From a virus, in the IMG/VR virus record IMGVR_UViG_3300042731_007310, positions 1 through 64,000 of that record: a stretch of 64,000 bases of DNA, one strand, 5' to 3'. The notes under the pieces were generated by a model, which saw nothing but the letters and a program-made list of their open reading frames with translations, was not told where the DNA came from and did not search any database. The position numbers were made by a program, and so were the translations under genes. This document shows, piece by piece, positions 1-8,431 of this stretch (the first letter of the stretch is position 1; the number at the start of each line of letters is the position of its first letter).

Positions 1-2
1 TA

Positions 3-191
3 GAAACGTGTAAGTGGCCGTCAACTACATTGGTAGCGGTTGATAGAGACGTTCTTAGGCGTGTAACCAACATTCATGTTCAAAATGGAAAAGGGAACAC
101 CATAGTTGTTCCGGTTTCAGATAGTGTAATAGAAAAAGATGGTATTTTCGATTTTGATTTTCCGCATTATGAATCAGTGACACATGTCTAA
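3..191 (+). CDS. 5'-truncated hypothetical protein
   Basis: Open frame from the window edge to TAA at 189-191, overlapping the next ATG. Confidence 0.6.
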   Translation, partial: ETCKWPSTTLVAVDRDVLRRVTNIHVQNGKGNTIVVPVSDSVIEKDGIFDFDFPHYESVTHV

Positions 192-732
192 ATTAGATGA
201 CATAAGAGAACAGTTGAAACGGCCATTGATATTTACTCCTAATGAGCCGATATCACGAGATCTATTGATACAGATATCAAACGATCTAGCTATTTCTGTT
301 GGTATGGATCCGGATTACTTCATAGAACTATTTGAAGATATGAGTGGTTCAGCTATTCCGGGTTCACCAGAAGAAGCGCTTAGGTCCGTGATGAAGGTAA
401 TAGGATCGTATTTGTATGGTTGTGCTGTGAAGCCAGATGTAATTAGGTATGTTTCTTTTTGTGTACCAGGATCTATATTTGGTGGTCAATTGCAATCATC
501 CATTTGTGACTTTGCTGTATTAGAAGCGCAATGGCCAAGGGGAACTAGGGTTGTGATGGGTCCTAATCCGGAATTGAATTTTGAAGATCAGAGAGCTTAT
601 ATATTGAAGCCAGACAAAAACGTTTTTCTGATTCCATACTACGGTAGTGCACTGTGGAAACATATTGATGAAAAAAATAAGGTTATAATGTTTGAAGACG
701 ATGATGATGGTATGGATGAAATTCCTTTTTAG
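184..732 (+). CDS. hypothetical protein, N-terminal tag family (MSKLDDIR)
   Basis: ORF with the shared N-terminal motif; acidic C-terminus ending DEIPF. Confidence 0.8.
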   Translation: MSKLDDIREQLKRPLIFTPNEPISRDLLIQISNDLAISVGMDPDYFIELFEDMSGSAIPGSPEEALRSVMKVIGSYLYGCAVKPDVIRYVSFCVPGSIFGGQLQSSICDFAVLEAQWPRGTRVVMGPNPELNFEDQRAYILKPDKNVFLIPYYGSALWKHIDEKNKVIMFEDDDDGMDEIPF

Positions 733-739
733 GTGAGTT

Positions 740-1183
740 ATGAATTTAGACGATCTGAGAAAGAAAGCACGTGGTGGTGACTTAGAACCTGAACCAGATA
801 AGCCGTGTGATTTTGAAGGTTGTGATAATTTCGCTACCTATAGAGACGAAGAAGGTCATTGGTGTCACACTCATAGAATAAAAATGATAAGAGAGACAGT
901 TAGTATGGATCCTACTGGTGGTAGTTTTGGTGGATCGGCTGCAACTGTGTTGTATACTGGTTCGTTTGCTGCTACTTGTGCTGTTTCGCCATCAATATTA
1001 TATACACCACCGTCTTCAGGTTCAGCGCTTCCACCATTAGCACCTATTCCACCAGTGTTGTCTTCAATTGAAGAAGACAAAGAAGAACCTAGTATAGTAA
1101 AGATATTGAGGAAAGCTAGATTATTTGGTAAAGGTTTTGTTGAGGGGTTGATCGAAGATGAATCTGAAGGAACTAAGAAATAA
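740..1183 (+). CDS. tag-family protein with Cys/His finger and Pro/Ser linker
   Basis: MNLDDLRKKARGG; CDFEGC...WCHTH; AGGTGA RBS. Confidence 0.8.
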   Translation: MNLDDLRKKARGGDLEPEPDKPCDFEGCDNFATYRDEEGHWCHTHRIKMIRETVSMDPTGGSFGGSAATVLYTGSFAATCAVSPSILYTPPSSGSALPPLAPIPPVLSSIEEDKEEPSIVKILRKARLFGKGFVEGLIEDESEGTKK

Positions 1184-1376
1184 GGCGCGTAAAGGAATCG
1201 AACCCGAAAGGGATTGTAATAGTCCTTTGCTACCACAGAAAACGTTTTTTGGAATTGACTTCGGTGTAGTTGACTCGATTGCTTTTGTTTCTAAAAATAG
1301 AGACGCGGCTGATATAACACTAAGAGAATTCAAAAGACTGATGGGTATAGACTGGAATATACATGAAACTAGATGA
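1158..1376 (+). CDS. tag-family small protein
   Basis: MNLKELRNKARKGIEP; GAGG RBS. Confidence 0.8.
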   Translation: MNLKELRNKARKGIEPERDCNSPLLPQKTFFGIDFGVVDSIAFVSKNRDAADITLREFKRLMGIDWNIHETR

Positions 1377-1665
1377 TATAAGGCTAGTTCTGTCTAGTAA
1401 GAATGGTGTAGATAGATTCGAAAAGAAGAAGGAGAAATCACCTGTCTTAGACGAAGAACTTTGCAATCATCCCGGATGTTTTGAAAAAGGAATCGTGCCT
1501 GATGGCGGTATTCTGTATTGTAAAGAACACCATTTCAAGTGTGATGTGTGGTCAAGCTATGGTGAACACGCGTGTAAAAATAGGGTAGCTGAATTAGGTG
1601 ATGTATGTGAATTGTGCAAGGGTAAGGGACATACAAAAAGAATTCGACGCGGTAGAAGGTGGTAG
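1363..1665 (+). CDS. tag-family Zn-finger protein
   Basis: MKLDDIR; CNHPGC..YCKEH..C..C..CxxC. Confidence 0.8.
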   Translation: MKLDDIRLVLSSKNGVDRFEKKKEKSPVLDEELCNHPGCFEKGIVPDGGILYCKEHHFKCDVWSSYGEHACKNRVAELGDVCELCKGKGHTKRIRRGRRW

Positions 1666-1668
1666 AAT

Positions 1669-1944
1669 ATGAACCTGTCAGATCTAAGGAATAAGGCGCG
1701 TAAAGGGATCAAGGCACCTAAACGTAAGCGTAGAAGGCGTGATACACCTATAACACCTATAGTTACTATAAAGCCTATTGATGTTATGAATACAATTATG
1801 TCTAATGCGCCTAAATCCGATGACGTTGCTAAAGCTATGGACGCATTATCTAGGGTTGGTAGATTGTCACAAGAACAGTTGGACAAATTTGTTCAGCTAA
1901 TGTTTGATCCTTCCGTTATAAAAAATAAGGAGAAAAGAAAATGA
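1669..1944 (+). CDS. tag-family basic protein
   Basis: MNLSDLRNKARKGIKAP. Confidence 0.8.
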   Translation: MNLSDLRNKARKGIKAPKRKRRRRDTPITPIVTIKPIDVMNTIMSNAPKSDDVAKAMDALSRVGRLSQEQLDKFVQLMFDPSVIKNKEKRK

Positions 1945-2168
1945 GAAGAAGAACTATATGGATCTTAGCCAAACCTGGTGAAACACGTTTTTTTTGTCAA
2001 CCGCGTGAATACTCTCAAGAGTGGTTGGATATCCAAAGAAAAGACGGTTACGAATTATTCGAAGTAACCATCACTCTACCGGAACGTTATGATAGCAAGG
2101 CTGAAAAGGCATATGTAAGAAGGGTAAAGGAGATAATAGATGGAAGCCAAGGGACTTCGACTAAGTAA
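1941..2168 (+). CDS. hypothetical protein
   Basis: AGGAG RBS; ATGA overlap. Confidence 0.7.
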   Translation: MRRRTIWILAKPGETRFFCQPREYSQEWLDIQRKDGYELFEVTITLPERYDSKAEKAYVRRVKEIIDGSQGTSTK

Positions 2169-3081
2169 GAAGGTTCAGAAAGAAAAGTTGTTGAGAATAA
2201 GGGAGATTGAAAGGGATTTATATAATCTATTCTTCAATCATTCAGTCAAGGAAGATCTACCCGATGAGAGTTGTGATCATGTAAATGATTTCTTCTCTGA
2301 AAATGCCAATATTCTATCTAAACATATTCACAGGTTGATTGAAGAATGGAGATCGTTGAAGGGTGAAATTCTTCTATCGAATATTGGCATTATAGTAAAG
2401 GCCGTTAGTAGGTGGTCTATTCCGTCTACTTCAACTTATGACGATTTGCTACAAGAAGGTATAATAGCCGGTATGAAGTCGGTAGATAGATTCAATCCTA
2501 AATTAGGTTACGCGATTACTACCTATATGAGTAAATGTGTTTTTTATTCTATGTATCGTATTTTCTATGCTCACTCAAAGATAGTAAAGGAACCGGCTTA
2601 CTTGAGAGTTGTTAGGTGTGCCGATAACAAACAGACAAGAAAAAACGGAGGTAAACAGATTGATGAAAAACATCTTTCAGAAATAAGTGGTTTCAGAAAA
2701 ACGGCGATCAAAATTGCAAGAAATGAAGTTAGAGTGATATCGATAGAAGCGTTTAATAAATCAGCCGGATCTGATAGAAATTCTGGTGTTTCACTAATTA
2801 TACAAAGAGCCCTTACATATGAAGGTGAATCACAAGAAGAAGCTGTTTCAAATTCTCAATTGAAGAAATTCGCAATGGATTCTTTGAAGGTACTCAATAG
2901 GAGAGAGAAAGTAGTAATGATCAAGAGATACGGATTATTAGATTATAAACCATTGACGCTAAGAGAGATCGGTAAAGACTTAGGAGTATCCCGGGAAAGA
3001 GTACGTCAAATAGAAAATGATGCGCTATTCAAGTTGAGAAGAAAATTAAAACAACAGGATGTATTCGAGGTTATCAGGTGA
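2140..3081 (+). CDS. RNA polymerase sigma-70 family factor (RpoD/RpoS-like regions 2-4)
   Basis: DLLQEGIIAGMKSVDRF (region 2.2); LNRREKVV..TLREIGKDLGVSRERVRQIE (region 4). Confidence 0.93.
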   Translation: MEAKGLRLSKKVQKEKLLRIREIERDLYNLFFNHSVKEDLPDESCDHVNDFFSENANILSKHIHRLIEEWRSLKGEILLSNIGIIVKAVSRWSIPSTSTYDDLLQEGIIAGMKSVDRFNPKLGYAITTYMSKCVFYSMYRIFYAHSKIVKEPAYLRVVRCADNKQTRKNGGKQIDEKHLSEISGFRKTAIKIARNEVRVISIEAFNKSAGSDRNSGVSLIIQRALTYEGESQEEAVSNSQLKKFAMDSLKVLNRREKVVMIKRYGLLDYKPLTLREIGKDLGVSRERVRQIENDALFKLRRKLKQQDVFEVIR

Positions 3082-3311
3082 AATTGGAAGATCTAAGAAA
3101 TAAGGTCAAGAATGGCTTCAAGACTAGGCGTACATGTGGTGTCACGTTTTGTAGTAAATATTCGACTACAAATGGGTATTGCAAAGATCATATTTACGAG
3201 TGTAGAACAAGGGGGTGTAGTAATCGGGTTAGTCGTTTGAATGCAAAGTGCAGTGTGTGTTCTAGGCGAGACAATCAGATTAGACTGAAGGAAATAAAGA
3301 AGGTAAGATGA
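3078..3311 (+). CDS. tag-family Zn-finger protein
   Basis: GTG start, MKLEDLRNKVKNG; Cys pattern like 1363..1665. Confidence 0.8.
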   Translation: MKLEDLRNKVKNGFKTRRTCGVTFCSKYSTTNGYCKDHIYECRTRGCSNRVSRLNAKCSVCSRRDNQIRLKEIKKVR

Positions 3312-3553
3312 AGCTCTCCGATCTTCGAAAAAGGGCCGTGAAGGGGATAAAACGGCCTTCTATGACTCGTAAACAGGAACAACGTGTCAAGAATGGTGGT
3401 AAATGGAAGATTGTTTCTGTTGACAGTTTGAAGGGTCCTATCAAGGGACAAGTAATTGATAGAATTGACTTCCAGATAGTAGACGATGTACTAGATGAAG
3501 GTGATCTTTCGCGTGATGAAAGAAGAGATCTTCTTACATGGTACGGTGATTGA
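3308..3553 (+). CDS. tag-family small protein
   Basis: MKLSDLRKRAVKGIKRP. Confidence 0.8.
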   Translation: MKLSDLRKRAVKGIKRPSMTRKQEQRVKNGGKWKIVSVDSLKGPIKGQVIDRIDFQIVDDVLDEGDLSRDERRDLLTWYGD

Positions 3554-3758
3554 ATTCGAGGATAACGACGGTTTTTTGTTATTCTGAATGGGTAAAAAAT
3601 AATAAAAAAAAGCTTGCAAGTTGAAGCGAAAGCGCTAGATGGTCCACGGGTCAGGGAGGATCTGTCTTTTTTCATTCTTACATGATGTGATAACCGGATA
3701 TTGGTGGTATAAACGGTTACTAAAAACGTTTTTCTTCATAAAATAATGAAAATAAACC

Positions 3759-3787
3759 TTGAAAGTTGAAGCGAAGTAACGTATATT
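3759..3787 (+). promoter_or_regulatory. sigma-70-type early promoter
   Basis: TTGAAA-17 bp-TATATT with A-rich upstream element; the spacer recurs at 4478 and 14213. Confidence 0.8.
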
Positions 3788-3827
3788 TATTCTTATGGAC
3801 GCAACAACAATAAAGGGAGAAACGAAG

Positions 3828-4115
3828 ATGGCAACAATAAAAGAAATCTACCAAATCGGACTTGAAGCGGCTGCAAAGCTTGATTCTTGGGTTTTCACAG
3901 GAATAGTGGTTGACGGAACAACGGAAGCTTGCGAAAAGGCGATCGCGATTGCTAGTGAGATTCTACCTGGTATCGCGCTAAGTGAGACCTTGACGCTAGC
4001 TGAAGCCTTTCTTGAAAAGAATGAAGCGATTGTTCCGGTTCCGGGTGAAACCAAGTGTTTATTCGAATCAGTCAAGACCGAATATGCTCATTTCGTATTA
4101 GGTGGTAAGAATTAA
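3828..4115 (+). CDS. early hypothetical protein
   Basis: Start moved to the ATG after the GGGAG RBS; N-terminus resembles that of 14272. Confidence 0.75.
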   Translation: MATIKEIYQIGLEAAAKLDSWVFTGIVVDGTTEACEKAIAIASEILPGIALSETLTLAEAFLEKNEAIVPVPGETKCLFESVKTEYAHFVLGGKN

Positions 4116-4383
4116 AACTCATTTGACCTACATGGTCAGAAAGGCCCGTTCAATGTCTAAACCTATCGTAAACAATCCGTCTCTCAAGGGTCAACTTGCT
4201 AGCCGAAAGCGTCTTTTCGGACCTTGGAGCCGTTACGCTGTAGCAGCGGTTCACACCAGATTCGAAAATGTAGTTTGGATGGTTTGGGATTCAGAAACCA
4301 TCGATCTGGAAACGGATCTGATCGATATAATCCGTATCGCTGATACGGAAGAAAAGGCCGTAGAAGGCCTTCCGTTGTCATAG
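4102..4383 (+). CDS. hypothetical phage protein
   Basis: ORF ending just before a terminator; start uncertain. Confidence 0.7.
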   Translation: MVRIKTHLTYMVRKARSMSKPIVNNPSLKGQLASRKRLFGPWSRYAVAAVHTRFENVVWMVWDSETIDLETDLIDIIRIADTEEKAVEGLPLS

Positions 4384-4407
4384 CCCTAACGTTGTGTCGT
4401 TTTGAAG

Positions 4408-4440
4408 AAGGCCGTTTTAGAACGGCCTTTTTCTTTGTTT
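4408..4440 (+). terminator. rho-independent terminator
   Basis: AAGGCCGTT-TTAG-AACGGCCTT followed by a T tract. Confidence 0.85.
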
Positions 4441-4471
4441 ACGTATAGATACAAAATAATGAAAAAAAATG

Positions 4472-4500
4472 TTGCAAGTTGAAGCGAAGTAACGTATATT
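4472..4500 (+). promoter_or_regulatory. sigma-70-type early promoter
   Basis: TTGCAA-gttgaagcgaagtaacg-TATATT. Confidence 0.85.
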
Positions 4501-4537
4501 GATAATTATGACGACAACGACAAAAGGAGAAACGACG

Positions 4538-4705
4538 ATGAAGAAAGCTACTGTCAAATTGGATCTTGGAAACAATGAAGAAATCAGTCAAGGCGTAAAC
4601 AAGAATTCTGATGGTACTTACACTGCTATGACCTTCACTAAGTCGAAAACCTTCAAGACTCGAAACGGCGCTATCCGTTGGTTATCACGTCAACTATCAA
4701 AGTAA
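4538..4705 (+). CDS. DUF1391 (YdaF/YdfA-like) protein
   Basis: DLGNNE...DGTYTAMTFTKSKTFKT.NGA.RWL matches the family as recalled; AAGGAG RBS. Confidence 0.8.
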   Translation: MKKATVKLDLGNNEEISQGVNKNSDGTYTAMTFTKSKTFKTRNGAIRWLSRQLSK

Positions 4706-4718
4706 AGGAGAAACGACG

Positions 4719-5057
4719 ATGAAAAAGACTCATGACGGTTTAGATGTATATCCAGTTGGTTCGAAACTACCATGGACTGCTAAAGGCTGGACACAATGTA
4801 GGCTCTTTGATGGCGCTTGCCTTACTTGGATTGATGAGAAGGACATTGACACCTACAAAGAACACCTAAATAAAATAGATGAAGCTCTCAAGCTCATCAC
4901 TACGAAAAAAGGCGGAATTGCGGCAATGAAGGGTTTAGGCCTTTCTCTAATCGGTTGTGACAAGTTGAAGGATATGAAACTACGTATCCGGAATAACATA
5001 GTTGAGAGATCTTGGCCGTTGATCGAAGTAGATGACGCTGTGAGCGCTTCCAACTGA
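4719..5057 (+). CDS. early hypothetical protein
   Basis: Same AAAGGAGAAACGACGATG initiation region as 4538. Confidence 0.8.
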   Translation: MKKTHDGLDVYPVGSKLPWTAKGWTQCRLFDGACLTWIDEKDIDTYKEHLNKIDEALKLITTKKGGIAAMKGLGLSLIGCDKLKDMKLRIRNNIVERSWPLIEVDDAVSASN

Positions 5058-5082
5058 AAATAGACCTCATAGGTCAAGAGAA

Positions 5083-5113
5083 AAAAGGCCGTCTTAGAAC
5101 GGCCTTTTCTTTG
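5083..5113 (+). terminator. rho-independent terminator (near-copy of 4408)
   Basis: AAAAGGCCGT-CTTAGA-ACGGCCTTTT then CTTT. Confidence 0.85.
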
Positions 5114-5157
5114 CCTAAAAACCATCGATCACCGAAGAAAGGCGGTAAATAGAAAGT

Positions 5158-5670
5158 ATGAAACTTGACGATCTTCGAAAAGAAGCAATTTCAGGTATTG
5201 ATCCTTATCACAAGTGGGATAAACGGCCGTTACTAACGAAAAAAGGCATATTGGCTAGTAGTCCGGACTTCGACTATTCATTTATTCTTCAACGTTGTGA
5301 ATGTGGGAGTGTGATCGGAGTGAAATTAGGTTCTTCGATATGTCCGGTATGTGGGAAAGATCAAAATTCGATCATAAGTTCAAAAGTTGTTTTCGACATG
5401 TCGAAAATTAGGGTATTAGACGATTCAATGAGGAAAATAGGCGCTAAAATGGCTAGAATACGCGAACTGGCTAAAGCTGTTAGAACCACCTATGACTTTC
5501 ATAAGGTGGTTGAGAATGCCAGTTTAGGCCTTCCACCAAAACACTTCAATTCACGTTGTGATCGTTATTATCCGTTATTTGATCCGACTGATGCTAGAAT
5601 AGCCGATCTTCAAAAGTACGCTTATCCGCATAGGATCATTTTACCTGATGAATCAAAACGGAAATTATGA
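5158..5670 (+). CDS. tag-family protein with Zn ribbon
   Basis: MKLDDLRKEAISGIDP; CECG..CPVCG. Confidence 0.8.
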   Translation: MKLDDLRKEAISGIDPYHKWDKRPLLTKKGILASSPDFDYSFILQRCECGSVIGVKLGSSICPVCGKDQNSIISSKVVFDMSKIRVLDDSMRKIGAKMARIRELAKAVRTTYDFHKVVENASLGLPPKHFNSRCDRYYPLFDPTDARIADLQKYAYPHRIILPDESKRKL

Positions 5671-5741
5671 AGCTCTCCGATCTCAGAAGAAAAGCCGCTT
5701 CCGGAATCAAGACACCTAAACGCAAGGTCAAGAAAACCTAG
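5667..5741 (+). CDS. 24-aa tag-only peptide MKLSDLRRKAASGIKTPKRKVKKT
   Basis: Translated by hand; ATGA overlap with the upstream stop; below the ORF-track cutoff. Confidence 0.65.
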   Translation: MKLSDLRRKAASGIKTPKRKVKKT

Positions 5742-5801
5742 GTTACAAAAGAAGGCCGTGTTTTCATAATTGGCAATCCGTCAAATGGTGATGATCCGGA
5801 T

Positions 5802-5987
5802 GTGAGAGTTGTGAAGTGTGAGTGCGGAAAGCTGATATCAATAAAGCAAGGTTGCACATTGTGTCCAAAGTGCGGAAAAGATCACAATAACGCAATGAAA
5901 TACACCAAAACACAATTGAAAGCATACAACGAAATAGCGAAACGCCTATTTCGGCTCAATTCAGTCAAAGGTAAAAAGAAGAGGTAA
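5802..5987 (+). CDS. Zn-ribbon protein, paralog of the 5158 domain
   Basis: KCECG..CPKCGKDHN versus RCECG..CPVCGKDQN. Confidence 0.65.
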   Translation: MRVVKCECGKLISIKQGCTLCPKCGKDHNNAMKYTKTQLKAYNEIAKRLFRLNSVKGKKKR

Positions 5988-7306
5988 TACAGCGACGTAT
6001 TCCGCCTATGTAAGGCCGTTTTTCACCTTTTCCTTCTCAGTCAAACACTTACCTAGTGATTTATAGTCTTTCAGGTAAGTTTGTGACGGAAAATACAGAG
6101 GTAAGTGTGTGAGCGGACGTATTTCGCCCGTATGTATAGAAAGAGGATAAATCTATACGAACATAAGCAAGTGTGTGACGGAAATATCTATCTACCAGTA
6201 AAAACACACATCAGAAAACGAGGTAAACAGAAAAAGCCCTTCTACATACGAAAGAGTACTGAGAGACCTAGATAAAGAGGTTAGACTACACTCAACACTA
6301 CACACATATAGGGGATTACGGATACGCTATTTTTCGGATATTGGCACATGTACTCATGTAGTACGAAAGGCTATAGATTTATACGTGAAAACGTTTTTCG
6401 GATATTGTCACACGTAAGGATACGCACACCCAAAATCCCCCCTAAACAAACACCAAATCCCGAATAATGAGTAAGAGTAGATACAGGTAGAATGATGAGA
6501 TAGGTAGGTCTATACTCTATTTCCATATATACGAATGTATGTATATGATATCAGATAGTATTATTGTATAGGATTACAATTCTATATTGATACATTATTG
6601 CAGGATGAAAGAGAGATAGTACAACTCTCATCGTTCCGGATATTAGAGTATTGATGGTATTGTCGGCTATAGGTATAGGCGTAGTCGGCTACAGGAACAG
6701 GTATAGGAAGGCCCCCGCGCGCCCCCCTACGCCACTGCCCTACTTCGCCCACACACCGACCAACCAACCGCTTGAACTCCATAGATTTATGCTTCCGGAC
6801 ATATATCCGTCACACACTTACCTGAACATGATGAATAACCTATACCTAACAATCTTAGGCAAGTGTGTGACGGAAGCAACTATGTGACGGAAGGTGTTCA
6901 GTATTGAATGTATGCAATAGGGGGTGGGGTACTATGAGGGCTCCCTTTCGGCGTGGTGGCGGTGTGTTGGCTACACATGGCTGACCCAACAACCGTACGC
7001 TACTCAACGGGCAAAAAAAAATAAAAAAAATATCGATACTTCAATACAGGCGATATTTCGCCTATTGACAGAAACGCGCTATTGTGTATGCTGATACTTG
7101 TGACTGCATTTATTATCATCGCAAACCACGGTTCGGAAGGGGGTGATTCCGATGTTCTAGGCAATCTTTATATAGCAAAAAATATTGATATGGGATACGG
7201 TGCGTACTTGACGTTTGGGTCATTGCGCACTGTATCATTGAATCATTCACACACTTGCTTACGCAAGCAATTATGTGACGGAAACACGAAAAGGGGATAA
7301 CCGACA

Positions 7307-7507
7307 ATGCAAACGATATTCATAGTCATAGGCGTAACCGGAATCATGGCGCTAAACGCCACGTGCTTCTTTTTAGGACTGTCTATCGGTCGAATGTTAG
7401 AAGCGCGTAGAGCACTCCGAAAAATCAAACGTCTACAGCGCGAACTAACCGAACTTCAAGACTTTCGGAATATCGCGTGTCAAACCTACACGAACGAACC
7501 TAACTAG
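7307..7507 (+). CDS. single-TM small protein
   Basis: Hydrophobic N-terminus plus coiled coil; GGGGA RBS. Confidence 0.7.
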   Translation: MQTIFIVIGVTGIMALNATCFFLGLSIGRMLEARRALRKIKRLQRELTELQDFRNIACQTYTNEPN

Positions 7508-7516
7508 GGGTAGAAT

Positions 7517-7780
7517 ATGAAAACGAAGAAAAGAGAGTTGGATACGCATACGCATATCTGTTTTGAGATAGGCGAACACGGCCACCTATTCATAAACAGA
7601 AGGGGCTTCATGTACATGCAAGAATGCCACGTTAGAGAACGAAAATGTTCTCATGATTGCCCACACTTCAGCGAAGATAATCTTATATCAAGAAATGATG
7701 ACCCGTATCTAGAGCTTGTTTGTACAGGACGAAAGATACGGGGAACATGGCGCGACGAACGGCCAAAGGGAAAACTATAA
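7517..7780 (+). CDS. Cys/His-rich hypothetical protein
   Basis: ORF with CSHDCPHF. Confidence 0.7.
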   Translation: MKTKKRELDTHTHICFEIGEHGHLFINRRGFMYMQECHVRERKCSHDCPHFSEDNLISRNDDPYLELVCTGRKIRGTWRDERPKGKL

Positions 7781-7892
7781 TAACCTCGTTCACACACTTA
7801 CCTGTGTAAGCAACTGTATGACGGAAAACATTTTTACCGCTTTGCCCAAACTTCACGTTATATAAGTAGAAAACAAAAAGGAGTAATCGACA

Positions 7893-8204
7893 ATGGCAAG
7901 TAATCATGAACCGAAGAACAAGACGAGAAATGACGCTTGGATGCGTCTACTCTCATCCCGGACTGGAAGCTTCAAAGGTGCTACGCTTCCGTATCTTCAA
8001 GGACTGCGCGAATACGTTCATGCGTGGCTTCAGGATATCGAAGAAGAAATCGGAATCTTTGAACAACAACAGGTTGAACAAGAAGAAGATGAAGATTGCT
8101 ACTGTGATAGCGTTTGTCTCGACTGTGATGACCGTGATAATCCGAATAAGTGTTCATTGTGTAGCATAGTCAAGAAACCACCATCAGCACTTCGGACGAA
8201 GTAA
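7893..8204 (+). CDS. mosaic protein: 'DA..R..GAT..YL' domain plus Cys cluster
   Basis: AGGAG RBS; domains shared with 9391, 10479 and 12693. Confidence 0.75.
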   Translation: MASNHEPKNKTRNDAWMRLLSSRTGSFKGATLPYLQGLREYVHAWLQDIEEEIGIFEQQQVEQEEDEDCYCDSVCLDCDDRDNPNKCSLCSIVKKPPSALRTK

Positions 8205-8431
8205 TGAGCACAAGAGTAAAGCCGCACTGGATAACCGAACATGAGCGAGCCCAAATAGTCGCTACTATGAATGAAGTTGATATGTTCGTGTCCAGTTCTG
8301 TAGTCGAGATGAACGGCAAGTGGTATTTCATGAGTGTCCGGTTTGACTCCATAAAGGGACCGTACGATACTCACGAAGAATGTAAACGAGATTGCCGTGA
8401 ATACTACTTGAAAATGAAGAGTGTGTCTTGA
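8204..8431 (+). CDS. hypothetical protein, 'PHWIT..GKWYF..GPY' domain
   Basis: Paralog of the two domains in 11315. Confidence 0.75.
   Translation: MSTRVKPHWITEHERAQIVATMNEVDMFVSSSVVEMNGKWYFMSVRFDSIKGPYDTHEECKRDCREYYLKMKSVS

Noticed and set aside
184-5741. Integron cassette array or RiPP precursor set
   Set aside because: Genes overlap with no room for attC sites, no integrase or modifying enzymes are adjacent, and the bodies look like folded domains.
6582-7300. ORFs 6651..6887 and 7082..7300
   Set aside because: They run across the repeat motifs, have atypical composition and no RBS; probably non-coding.
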